Positions 24,458-32,000 of a DNA stretch of 32,000 bases are shown piece by piece. Position 1 is the first letter of the stretch, and every line of letters begins with the position of its first letter. The position numbers and the translations under genes are program-made. This stretch comes from Megasphaera elsdenii DSM 20460 (lineage in GTDB: Bacteria; Bacillota; Negativicutes; Veillonellales; Megasphaeraceae), in NCBI RefSeq assembly GCF_003010495.1, contig NZ_CP027570.1, positions 90,001-122,000 of the forward strand. Reading direction: 5' to 3'. The notes beneath the pieces were generated by a model. That model was not told where the DNA came from. It saw nothing but the letters and a program-made list of their open reading frames with translations, and did not search any database.

Positions 24458-26878
24458 TTATTCCGGTTCGACTTCGACCATTTCGTAGGCTTCGATTTCG
24501 TCGCCTTCCTTGATGTCGCGATATTTTTCCAGGGTAATGCCACATTCGTAACCGGCTGCGACTTCCTTGACATCATCTTTGAAACGGCGCAGGCCGTCGA
24601 TTTCACCTTCATGGACGACGATACCGTTGCGGATGAGGCGGATCTTGGACGTGCTGGTGATCTTGCCTTCCTTGACATAGGAACCGCCGACGATGACTTT
24701 CGGCGTCGTAATGACTTTGCGGACTTCGGCACGGCCGACGATCTTTTCTTCATATTTCTTTTCCAGCATCCCTTTGATAGCCGCTTCGACGTCGTTGATG
24801 GCATCGTAAATGACGCGGTACATGCGCATGTCGACTTTTTCATGTTCCGCCATCTTGCGGGCTGCCGCATCGGGGCGGACGTTGAAGCCGATGATGAGGG
24901 CGTTCGAAGCCGAAGCCAGCATGATATCCGATTCGTTGATGGCGCCGACGCCGGAATGGACGATGGCAATGCGGACTTCGTCGCTCTTGATGCCCATGAG
25001 GGACTGGCTCAGAGCTTCGACAGAACCCTGGACGTCGCCCTTGATGATGAGGGGCAGTTCCTTCAGTTCGCCCTGCTGGATCTGGTTGAACAGGTCATCC
25101 AGGGTGACTTTGGCATTGACGTGGAGTTCAGACGAACGTTTCTTTTCCAGACGTTTTTCGGCAACGGAACGGGCCGTCTTTTCGTCGGTGACGTTGAGGA
25201 TGTCACCGGCTTCCGGTACATCGTTGAGGCCGAGGATTTCGACCGGGATGGACGGTTCGGCTTTCTTGACGCGTTCGCCCCGTTCGTTGTTCATGGCGCG
25301 GACCTTGCCGAAGCAGGTGCCGACGATGATCGTATCGCCGACACGGAGGGTCCCCTTCTGAATGAGGACGGAAGCGACCGGGCCGCGGCCTTTATCCAGC
25401 TTGGCTTCGATGACGACGCCCTGAGCCGGACGGTTCGGGTTGGCCTTGAGGTCCTGTACTTCTGCCAGGACGAGGATGTTTTCCAGGAGGTCGTCGAGGC
25501 CGATCTTCTTGTGCGCCGAAACGGGGACCATGATGGTATCGCCGCCCCAGTCTTCACTGATGAGGCCGTATTCCGTCAGCTGCTGCATGACGTGTTCCGG
25601 ATTGGCGCTTTCCTTATCGATCTTGTTGATGGCGACGATGATCGGGACGCCTGCCGATTTGGCATGGTTGATGGATTCAATGGTCTGCGGCATGACACCG
25701 TCGTCGGCAGCGACGACGAGGACGGCAATATCCGTGACCTGGGCGCCGCGGGCACGCATGGCCGTGAAGGCTTCGTGGCCCGGCGTATCCATGAAGGTGA
25801 TCTTCTTGCCTTCATAGCGGACCTGATAAGCCCCGATGTGCTGGGTAATGCCGCCGGCTTCGTGGCTGGTGACATTGGTCTGGCGGATGGCGTCGAGGAG
25901 GCTCGTCTTGCCGTGGTCGACGTGGCCCATGATGGTGACGACAGGCGGACGGGTCTTGAGCGTTTCCGGCGGATCGATAATTTCTTCGATTTCCGTCGGA
26001 TCTTCCGGCGGCGCTTCCTTGGTGACGGTGACGCCAAATTCATCGGCAATGAGGGACGCCGTATCGAAGTCCAGTTCCTGGTTGATCGTAGCCATGATGC
26101 CGCCCATGAGGAGCTTCTTCATGACTTCGCCCACATCGCGGCCCAGGCGTTCGGCGAAGTCCTTGACGATGATCGTTTCCGGCAGTTCGACGGACGTCGG
26201 ATAATTCTTCTTCTTCGGAGCTTCGGATGCGACCGGTGCCTGATGCTTCTGGTTGCGCTTGTTCTTATTGTGTTTGCCCTTGTTCAGGACGTTGGACAAC
26301 AGCGTATGGGGACGGCTGCCGTTGTTCTTGTTGTTATTGCGGTTGTTCTGGCCGCCGCGCTTGTTCTTGCTGTTGTTGCGGTTATTGCCGTCATTGCCGC
26401 CCTGGGAATGACCAAAATATTTCGTGCGCTTGCTGTCGCCCTGCTGGCCCTGCGTATTCTGGCCGGCATTATTGCCGCCTTTATGGCTGTTCTGCGGACG
26501 ATTGCCCTGGTTCTGGCCCTGGGAGTTCTTGGCAGCGCGGTTCGGCTGGTTCTGTGCATTGCCCTGGTTCTGGCGTTTCTTATCGTGATTCTGGTTATTC
26601 TGTTTCGGCGTATTGCCCTGTTTTTTGTTTTTATTCTGTCGGCTCGTTTCGTTCACTTTTCGGCTAGTTCCTTCCCCTGTCTGTTTATTTTCCTGTTTCT
26701 GTCCACGTTGTGCTTCTCCCTTGGCACCCTTCTTGAAGGATGCGTCGAGGATGGACTTCATATTGGCGTCAATGCCGGTGAAATTGCCGGCTTTGATGTG
26801 ATGATCTTCCAGCGTCTTGATTACTGTCTTTGCGGGAACGCCGTATTCTTTTGCGGCTTCGTATACTCGTTTCGTCAT
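24458..26878 (-). CDS. infB: Translation initiation factor IF-2.
   Basis: 806 aa with G-domain motifs [17 protein letters not shown] and NKID. The N-terminal approx 200 aa are a low-complexity N/Q/G/K-rich linker. Confidence 0.95.
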   Translation of the reverse strand: MTKRVYEAAKEYGVPAKTVIKTLEDHHIKAGNFTGIDANMKSILDASFKKGAKGEAQRGQKQENKQTGEGTSRKVNETSRQNKNKKQGNTPKQNNQNHDKKRQNQGNAQNQPNRAAKNSQGQNQGNRPQNSHKGGNNAGQNTQGQQGDSKRTKYFGHSQGGNDGNNRNNSKNKRGGQNNRNNNKNNGSRPHTLLSNVLNKGKHNKNKRNQKHQAPVASEAPKKKNYPTSVELPETIIVKDFAERLGRDVGEVMKKLLMGGIMATINQELDFDTASLIADEFGVTVTKEAPPEDPTEIEEIIDPPETLKTRPPVVTIMGHVDHGKTSLLDAIRQTNVTSHEAGGITQHIGAYQVRYEGKKITFMDTPGHEAFTAMRARGAQVTDIAVLVVAADDGVMPQTIESINHAKSAGVPIIVAINKIDKESANPEHVMQQLTEYGLISEDWGGDTIMVPVSAHKKIGLDDLLENILVLAEVQDLKANPNRPAQGVVIEAKLDKGRGPVASVLIQKGTLRVGDTIIVGTCFGKVRAMNNERGERVKKAEPSIPVEILGLNDVPEAGDILNVTDEKTARSVAEKRLEKKRSSELHVNAKVTLDDLFNQIQQGELKELPLIIKGDVQGSVEALSQSLMGIKSDEVRIAIVHSGVGAINESDIMLASASNALIIGFNVRPDAAARKMAEHEKVDMRMYRVIYDAINDVEAAIKGMLEKKYEEKIVGRAEVRKVITTPKVIVGGSYVKEGKITSTSKIRLIRNGIVVHEGEIDGLRRFKDDVKEVAAGYECGITLEKYRDIKEGDEIEAYEMVEVEPE

Positions 26879-26892
26879 CTAGTTACCCCCTT

Positions 26893-27198
26893 CTATTCAT
26901 CACGCTTCACTTTCTCTATGGCCCCGGCGAAGCCCTTGTCATCGATGAGGATGATGACGGTCTGGGCTTTGCCGACGGCACTGCCTAATTCATCTTTCGT
27001 ATATGTATCAACGACGGTGATCCCTTTCCGCTCCGCCAGGCGGCGATATTTTTCGACGTTATCGCTGCCGCCGTCGGAGGCCAGGAATAAGAGTGGGACG
27101 CGCCGGCGCTTCAATGTCTTCTGTGCGGCTCCATCACCGCAGACGGCCTTGCCCGCCCGGCAGGCCAGGCCGAGGAGATTCAGGACCTTGTCGCTCAC
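26893..27198 (-). CDS. ylxQ: L7Ae-family RNA-binding protein YlxQ.
   Basis: 101 aa with LGLACRAGKAV, lying between ylxR and infB as in Firmicutes. Confidence 0.8.
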   Translation of the reverse strand: MSDKVLNLLGLACRAGKAVCGDGAAQKTLKRRRVPLLFLASDGGSDNVEKYRRLAERKGITVVDTYTKDELGSAVGKAQTVIILIDDKGFAGAIEKVKRDE

Positions 27199-27455
27199 AG
27201 CAGTTCCTTTCTCAGCTGTTCATAGATTTCGCCGGACACTTTGGTCTTCAGGGACCGTTCCAGGCGATGCTCTTTGTAGGCTTTTTCCAGACATTCGCTG
27301 TTCGGGCAAAGGTAGACACCGCGGCCCGATTTCTTACCGGTCTTGTCGATTTCGACAGTCCCTTCCGGCGTGCGGACGACGCGGATCATTTCCTTCTTGC
27401 TCTTCTGTTCCTGACAGCCGGCACAGACGCGCATCGGAGTCTTTCGGGTCTTCAT
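27195..27455 (-). CDS. ylxR: YlxR/RnpM (DUF448) RNA-binding protein.
   Basis: 86 aa with RVCAGCQEQKSKKEMIRVV...GRGVYLC, lying directly after nusA. Confidence 0.85.
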   Translation of the reverse strand: MKTRKTPMRVCAGCQEQKSKKEMIRVVRTPEGTVEIDKTGKKSGRGVYLCPNSECLEKAYKEHRLERSLKTKVSGEIYEQLRKELL

Positions 27456-27458
27456 GGC

Positions 27459-28625
27459 TTATTCTCCTTCCGTATCAGCTGCGCCTTCTTCAGCAGCCGG
27501 CATGGCCAGGTCGCTGAGGATGTCCAGGTCATCAGCCGGTTCGCTGTCCTGCGGAACCTCTGCCTGGGCAGCCAGTTCGGCAGCCTGGCTTTCGCTCTTG
27601 ATGTCGATCTTCCAGTTGGTCAGCTTCGCGGCCAGGCGGGCATTCTGGCCGGCCTTGCCGATGGCCAGGGACAGCTGGTAATCCGGTACGACGACGCTCG
27701 ACGATTTTTCGCCTTCATCGACGGTGACGGAAATGACCTGCGCCGGGCTGAGGGCGTTGGCGATGTAGACCGCCGGGTCTTCATCCCATTTGACGATGTC
27801 GATCTTTTCATTCTGCAATTCCGAGACGATGTTCTGGACGCGGGAGCCTTTCGGGCCGACGCAGGCACCGACGGAATCGACGTTGGCATCGCGGGAATAG
27901 ACGGCAATCTTGGAACGGCGGCCCGGTTCACGGGCAACGGATTTCAGTTCGACGACGCCTTCGTAGATTTCCGGGACTTCCAGTTCAAAGAGGCGCTTCA
28001 GCAGGCCCGGATGGGTCCGGGATACGAGGATCTGGGCGCCTTTCGTCGTCTTGCGGACTTCGACGACATAGCATTTGATGCGCTGGCCGACGCTGTACGT
28101 TTCCGTCGGGATCTGTTCCGATACCGGCAGGATGGCTTCGGCCTTGCCCAGGTCGACGTAGACGTTGCGGTTCTCGATGCGCTGGATGATACCGGTGATG
28201 ATGTCGTCCGTGCGGTCCGAAAATTCATCATAGACGATGTTTCGTTCGGCTTCGCGCAGGCGCTGGATCATGACCTGTTTGGCAGCCTGGGCGGCGATGC
28301 GGCCGAAATTGTCCGGCGTGACATCGACGTTGACGACGTCGCCGACTTCATAATTGACATCAATGAGGCGGGCCTTATCGAGGGCGATTTCCGTATGGGG
28401 ATCTTCGACTTCATCGACGACGGTCTTGGCAGCCTTGATGGCATAGTCGCCCGTCGAACGGTTCAATTCGACTTCAGCCGTCGGGTTGGCATCGGGTTCC
28501 TTCTTGTAGGCCGTAATCAGGACGGCTTCCAGGGAGTCGCAGATGACATCCGGAGATACGCCTTTCTCCTTGGCTAAGTAAGCAATAGCATTGAGCAATT
28601 CTTTATTCACGTTAATAACCTCCAC
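27459..28625 (-). CDS. nusA: Transcription termination/antitermination factor NusA.
   Basis: 388 aa with an N-terminal domain, an S1 domain and two KH domains (GACVGPKGSRVQ, AIGKAGQNARLA), plus an acidic tail. Confidence 0.95.
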   Translation of the reverse strand: MEVINVNKELLNAIAYLAKEKGVSPDVICDSLEAVLITAYKKEPDANPTAEVELNRSTGDYAIKAAKTVVDEVEDPHTEIALDKARLIDVNYEVGDVVNVDVTPDNFGRIAAQAAKQVMIQRLREAERNIVYDEFSDRTDDIITGIIQRIENRNVYVDLGKAEAILPVSEQIPTETYSVGQRIKCYVVEVRKTTKGAQILVSRTHPGLLKRLFELEVPEIYEGVVELKSVAREPGRRSKIAVYSRDANVDSVGACVGPKGSRVQNIVSELQNEKIDIVKWDEDPAVYIANALSPAQVISVTVDEGEKSSSVVVPDYQLSLAIGKAGQNARLAAKLTNWKIDIKSESQAAELAAQAEVPQDSEPADDLDILSDLAMPAAEEGAADTEGE

Positions 28626-29095
28626 TAAAAATCAATATGCAGACGGACTTGCGATATGTCTTTCATGTCTATGGTTTCATCACGGTCGTCCAGGCGGACT
28701 TTGAGCTGGCCATCGTCTGTCTTTCCGACGAGTTCCGCTGTCAAATCCTTGACGCCGTCATGTGCTTTAAAGAAATGGATATCGACGGACCGGCCGGCAT
28801 AGCGGACGAAATCCTTGTCCTTCTTGAGGATCCGGTCCAGGCCCGGCGACGATACTTCCAGGAGATAATTGTCACTGATGGGATCCTTTTCATCGAGGAC
28901 CTTGCTCAGCTTCTCACTGACAGCCTGGCAGTCTTCCAGGTCGACACCGCCTTCTTTATCAATGAATACTCGCAGATACCAGTTCCGTTCGCGCACGTAT
29001 TCGACGTCGACCAGTTCCAGACCGGTCCCTTCAATAATCTGTTCTACTTCCTTGGCAATCAAATCTTCAATGTGTTCACGTCTCATCGTATTCAC
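28625..29095 (-). CDS. rimP: Ribosome maturation factor RimP.
   Basis: LELVDVEYVRERNWYLRVFIDKEGGVDLEDC...LEVSSPGLDR. The start is GTG 29095 or ATG 29086. Confidence 0.9.
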   Translation of the reverse strand: MNTMRREHIEDLIAKEVEQIIEGTGLELVDVEYVRERNWYLRVFIDKEGGVDLEDCQAVSEKLSKVLDEKDPISDNYLLEVSSPGLDRILKKDKDFVRYAGRSVDIHFFKAHDGVKDLTAELVGKTDDGQLKVRLDDRDETIDMKDISQVRLHIDF

Positions 29096-29119
29096 CAGCT
29101 TATCTGTAAAAATTCCTAT

Positions 29120-29153
29120 AGGTAAAAGTTAAGAGTGGGCTCTCACCCACTCT
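29120..29153 (-). terminator. Leader hairpin with an interrupted T-tract between the candidate promoter and rimP. It looks like a weak terminator or attenuator.
   Basis: The minus strand reads AGAGTGGG-TGAGAG-CCCACTCT followed by TAACTTTTACC. Confidence 0.5.
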
Positions 29154-29180
29154 TTGCATCTAACCATCTAAATTACTTTT

Positions 29181-29209
29181 AGTATACCACTGTCTGCTCA
29201 TTCTGACAA
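29181..29209 (-). promoter_or_regulatory. Candidate promoter of the rimP-nusA-infB operon: -35 TTGTCA, 17 nt, extended -10 TGGTATACT.
   Basis: The minus strand reads TTGTCAGAATGAGCAGACAGTGGTATACT. The -35 overlaps the last codons of the upstream orphan gene. Confidence 0.5.
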
Positions 29210-29893
29210 CGCTTTATCCCGGTCGGCTGCAATCTCGTCGAGGACGGGCAGGAGCCGTTTCTGCAAGGCTTTTTCCAGCTCTTTCAGGGACGACGTATCG
29301 AAGTCATGGACCAGGTTCGGGAAGTTCTCTACGCGCCGTTCGGCAAAGAAGTCATCGCGCAGGAGATTGTACATCAGCGACAGGCCGCTGCGCGTCGCCG
29401 CGTCGTAATAGGCCAGGATCATGTAGGACCCGTTGATGATGCGCACGGCATCGTTGGGCTTGACCAGACGCCGGAAGCCCTGATACTGCTCCGGCAGGAA
29501 CGCATCCCACTGGACATCGGGGACGCCCTTGTTCTTGAGGATGACGCTGAAATTACGGCTCCGTTCGACGTAATCGTCGTAGATGATCCGCGCCAGCCGT
29601 TCTTCGACCATAGACCGGAAGAGCTCAAAGGAATCCGTAATAAATTCGATGAGGGCGAACTCCAGCATGCCGATGTCCGTCCGGATAGCAAATTCTTCCG
29701 ACTCAGGGTTGAAGATGGCCCGCACGGTCCAGCCGTTCTCCTCGTTCTCATACGTGAACAAGCGGTACTCGACGGGCTTGCCGTCTTTCTCGATCATGCG
29801 ATATTCTTCCAATAACTGAAAATCTCCCACTGAAAGTGGGAGAACAGTTGTGATATTCCATTGTTTGAGTGTTTCAATCAATGTAGCATCCAT
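29198..29893 (-). CDS. Hypothetical protein (231 aa) matching no family I recognise.
   Basis: The ORF has coding-like composition. It is trimmed to ATG 29891..29893 because the longer track ORF reads through the tRNA gene. There is no obvious SD, since the ATG lies only 8 nt after the tRNA 3' CCA. Confidence 0.55.
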   Translation of the reverse strand: MDATLIETLKQWNITTVLPLSVGDFQLLEEYRMIEKDGKPVEYRLFTYENEENGWTVRAIFNPESEEFAIRTDIGMLEFALIEFITDSFELFRSMVEERLARIIYDDYVERSRNFSVILKNKGVPDVQWDAFLPEQYQGFRRLVKPNDAVRIINGSYMILAYYDAATRSGLSLMYNLLRDDFFAERRVENFPNLVHDFDTSSLKELEKALQKRLLPVLDEIAADRDKALSE

Positions 29894-29901
29894 AGTAAAA
29901 A

Positions 29902-29986
29902 TGGTGCGGTTGGCGGGAGTTGAACCCGCACGATCGAAGATCACTGCCGCCTGAAGACAGCGCGTCTGCCATTCCGCCACAACCGC
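29902..29986 (-). tRNA. tRNA-Leu (anticodon CAG), class II with a long variable arm and an encoded CCA.
   Basis: Hand-folded 85 nt: acceptor GCGGTTG/CAACCGC, anticodon stem CTGTC/GGCAG, loop TTCAGGC (anticodon CAG, G37), variable arm GATC-TTC-GATC, T-arm GCGGG-TTCAACT-CCCGC, discriminator A, CCA. Confidence 0.9.
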
Positions 29987-29991
29987 ATAAC

Positions 29992-30567
29992 TCAGAAATC
30001 GTAAAGCTGTTTGTAATGCTTTTCGTTCAGCAAGACTATTTTAACATATTCTCGCGTTTCTGAAAAGGGGATTTTTTCAATTTCTTGAAAATCTTTTTTC
30101 CAGCCATATTTCCGGATCCACGAGTCGACATGTCCCCGGCCGGCATTATACGCAGCCAAGGCCAGTACTTGATTCCCATCGTATTCCTTCAATAAGTAGG
30201 CCAGATACCAGGTTCCCAACCTGATGTTTGTACGGACGTCGTTGAGTTTATCAGGCGTGTAGTCAGTCATCCCCATTTCATCGGCAATCCATTGTGCCGT
30301 GTCGGGCATGACCTGCATGAGGCCGTGAGCACCGGGCTGCGAAGCAGCGCGTTCGTCGAACTTGCTTTCCACTAAGATGACCGACGCTACCAGGGCGGGG
30401 TCGACTTTGTCTTCATACGCATACTGCCGGACCAGGTAATCATACTGGAGGGGGTATACGAACTTCCGCATGACATCATCTTTCCAAGAATAAAAGTACG
30501 ATGCGGACAGACAAATCAACAATGCCGCTATGATGATTTTCCCTTTGGTGCTTGCTCTTTTTCTCAA
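29992..30567 (-). CDS. Lytic transglycosylase (SLT domain) with an N-terminal membrane anchor.
   Basis: The motif ESKFDERAASQPGAHGLMQVMPDTA and AAYNAG. A TTG start at 30567 lies 6 nt after GGGAG. Confidence 0.85.
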   Translation of the reverse strand: MRKRASTKGKIIIAALLICLSASYFYSWKDDVMRKFVYPLQYDYLVRQYAYEDKVDPALVASVILVESKFDERAASQPGAHGLMQVMPDTAQWIADEMGMTDYTPDKLNDVRTNIRLGTWYLAYLLKEYDGNQVLALAAYNAGRGHVDSWIRKYGWKKDFQEIEKIPFSETREYVKIVLLNEKHYKQLYDF

Positions 30568-30577
30568 CGTCTTCTCC

Positions 30578-31186
30578 CTACCCTTTGATGCGGTCCATCA
30601 AGGCCTGCCATGCGACGAGCACCTGTTTCTGCGTCTCTTCCGGAGAGCCGGTATTGTCGATGATGACCTGGGCTAACGACCGTTTTTTGTCGATAGGAAG
30701 CTGTGCATGAATCCGTGCCAGTGCTTCACTTTCGGAATAGCCGTTCCGCTTCATCAGCCGCGTAAGCTGCGTCACCGGATCGACGTACACCAGCCACGTT
30801 TCGTCAACGTACGAATCGTATTTTACCTCATAAAGCAGGGGCATGTCAAGGAAAATGACAGGATTTTTTTTATTTTCTTCAATTTTTTTGATTTCTTCGT
30901 CGATACCGGCATGGATGAGGGGGAAAAGAATGGCTTCAAGCTGCGCTTTCTTCGCCTTATCGCCAAAAACGACACTGCCGATGTAAGCCCGGTCCATGGA
31001 GCCGTCAGGCAAAAGTGTCTTCGGCCCAAAAGCCGCGGCGACGGCCGCCAGTCCTTCCGAACCCGGTTCGACGACGTCGTGGGCGATGACGTCGCAGTCG
31101 ACGATACCTGCCCCCAATCCGCGCAACATGGTGACGACCGTACTCTTGCCGGAGGCAATGCCGCCGGTCAGGCCAATATGTAACAT
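30578..31186 (-). CDS. coaE: Dephospho-CoA kinase.
   Basis: 202 aa with IGLTGGIASGKSTV (P-loop) and overall CoaE colinearity. Confidence 0.9.
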   Translation of the reverse strand: MLHIGLTGGIASGKSTVVTMLRGLGAGIVDCDVIAHDVVEPGSEGLAAVAAAFGPKTLLPDGSMDRAYIGSVVFGDKAKKAQLEAILFPLIHAGIDEEIKKIEENKKNPVIFLDMPLLYEVKYDSYVDETWLVYVDPVTQLTRLMKRNGYSESEALARIHAQLPIDKKRSLAQVIIDNTGSPEETQKQVLVAWQALMDRIKG

Positions 31187-31221
31187 AAGAATCGCTCCTT
31201 CCGAAAATATCTATTTCTTCC

Positions 31222-31250
31222 ATTATAACGGCTGATACCGGGTCTGTCCA
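31222..31250 (-). promoter_or_regulatory. Candidate coaE promoter: -35 TGGACA, 17 nt, -10 TATAAT.
   Basis: The minus strand reads TGGACAGACCCGGTATCAGCCGTTATAAT, about 35 nt upstream of the ATG. Confidence 0.4.
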
Positions 31251-31381
31251 TGACACGATGAGAAGAATTGTCACAACTTCTGCGCCGTTTCGTAGAAAAT
31301 CCGTAAAATCGTCAGGTCATTTAGGATTTATTTATATTTCTCCTGTATACTATAGATAAAGATATACATAGGAGGTAAGTT

Positions 31382-32000
31382 ATGACTGACGCAATCCGCC
31401 GCCATCGGCACTTTTTGATGGGCCTCTTCATCGCTGCTGCGGCCTTTCTCTATCTGGCCCATATCGGGTCGTATCATCTCATCGAGCTCGACGAAGGGCG
31501 CTATCACCGGGTCGCCATGGAAATGGTCCTCTCCGGCGACTACATCACGCCCCATTTCGACTATATGCCCTATTTCGAGAAACCTATTTTCCAATACTGG
31601 ATCACGGCCCTGTCCATGGAACTCTTCGGCTTCCGTGAATTCACAGGCCGCATCCTGCCGGCCCTGACGGGTCTTGGAAACGTCTTCCTGGCTTTCTGGC
31701 TGGGCCGCACCATGTACGGCCGGCGCACGGGAATCCTCGCCGCCATCATCGTAGCTACGTCGGCGCTGCAGCTCATCGTCGCCTCTATCGGCGTCATGGA
31801 CATGGCCCTGACCTTTTTCATCGACGCCTGCCTGGTCTCGTTCTACGTCTTCGAGCGGACGGAAAACAAGAAGTACCTGCTCCTCTTCTATGCCGCCATG
31901 GGCTTCGGCATGCTCACGAAAGGCCTCATCGCCATCGTCTTCCCCGTTGGCATCCTCTTCTGGTATGCCCTGCTCAGCAAGCGGCCGCGCCTTTTCCTCA
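31382..32000 (+). CDS. ArnT/PMT-like membrane glycosyltransferase (GT39/GT83-like). Only the N-terminal part is present, and it runs off the window.
   Basis: This ORF is absent from the ORF track because it has no stop in the window. Manual translation gives MTDAIRRHRHFLMGLFIAAAAFLYLAHIGSYHLIELDEGRYHRVAMEMVLSGDYITPHFDYMPYFEKPIFQYWITALSMELFG..., which carries the DExRY..EM..GD...P....YFEKP..YW signature of ArnT-type enzymes. AGGAGG lies 6 nt upstream of the ATG. Confidence 0.8.
   Translation, partial: MTDAIRRHRHFLMGLFIAAAAFLYLAHIGSYHLIELDEGRYHRVAMEMVLSGDYITPHFDYMPYFEKPIFQYWITALSMELFGFREFTGRILPALTGLGNVFLAFWLGRTMYGRRTGILAAIIVATSALQLIVASIGVMDMALTFFIDACLVSFYVFERTENKKYLLLFYAAMGFGMLTKGLIAIVFPVGILFWYALLSKRPRLFL

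Noticed and set aside
26230-26700. A repetitive, low-complexity stretch that could be mistaken for a tandem repeat or other array.
   Set aside because: It is in frame within infB and encodes the N/Q/G/K-rich linker typical of the variable N-terminal region of IF-2. There is no regular repeat-spacer periodicity.
24611-27517. A very long ORF antisense to infB (968 aa). There are similar long antisense ORFs at 16748..18067, 18585..19664, 20043..21110, 22291..23364, 27093..28577, 8838..9818, 15805..16644 and 4571..5488.
   Set aside because: Each lies opposite a well-supported conserved gene and has a low-complexity Arg/Ala/Gly/Asp-rich translation with no recognisable motifs. This is the usual stop-codon depletion on the antisense frame of G+C-rich, GC3-biased genes.
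29894-29980. An N-terminal extension of the orphan ORF across 29902..29986.
   Set aside because: This stretch folds into a complete tRNA-Leu(CAG), so the ORF is trimmed to the first ATG after the tRNA.
1-32000. A search for CRISPR arrays, transposases, integrases, toxin-antitoxin pairs, restriction-modification systems or other defence islands.
   Set aside because: No direct-repeat/spacer arrays are present, and no ORF has the hallmark motifs of these families. The accessory-looking content is limited to the adhesin, the repeat modules, the small orphan ORFs and the divergent transcarbamylase.

Overview
This is a chromosomal, mostly housekeeping window with about 31 protein genes, one tRNA and no rRNA. 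I found no CRISPR array, transposase, integrase or recognisable defence genes. A Firmicute-type rimP-nusA-ylxR-ylxQ-infB-rbfA-nrnA-truB-ribF cluster sits alongside an outer-membrane trimeric autotransporter adhesin that has an ESPR-type signal peptide. From this I infer a diderm Firmicute (Negativicutes, Veillonellaceae or Megasphaera-like), but I cannot verify that here.

Left to right, the window contains:
- A large YadA-like adhesin gene on the minus strand, which runs off the left edge.
- queH.
- A cbiM(PDGLE-fused)-cbiQ-cbiO ECF metal transporter.
- A small AT-rich orphan ORF.
- A CpXC / CGGC / secreted glucosaminidase-TPR operon.
- An EamA transporter, then a LysR regulator divergent from an AEC transporter.
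- A solitary divergent transcarbamylase-fold gene.
- A cold-shock protein gene.
- recQ-thyA-folA.
- Two tandem paralogous aminotransferases.
- The ribF...rimP cluster.
- An orphan gene fused tightly to tRNA-Leu(CAG).
- An SLT lytic transglycosylase and coaE.
- The 5' part of an ArnT-like glycosyltransferase.

The observations most worth a second look are:
1. The adhesin reading frame is cut by a single in-frame TAG exactly between the passenger and the membrane anchor.
2. A modular family of intergenic repeats (GTAGGGG hairpins, a 46-nt double palindrome and GTGGCTC heptamer arrays) recurs at several loci. It supplies stop codons to two genes and brackets a 2.7-kb segment as an inverted pair.
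3. A promoter, an intrinsic terminator and a small ORF are arranged in that order.
4. The transcarbamylase paralog has non-canonical active-site motifs.
5. A promoter plus weak-terminator leader lies ahead of rimP-nusA.

I did not find a clear-cut new multi-gene system. All promoter and terminator calls are made by eye and are of modest confidence.
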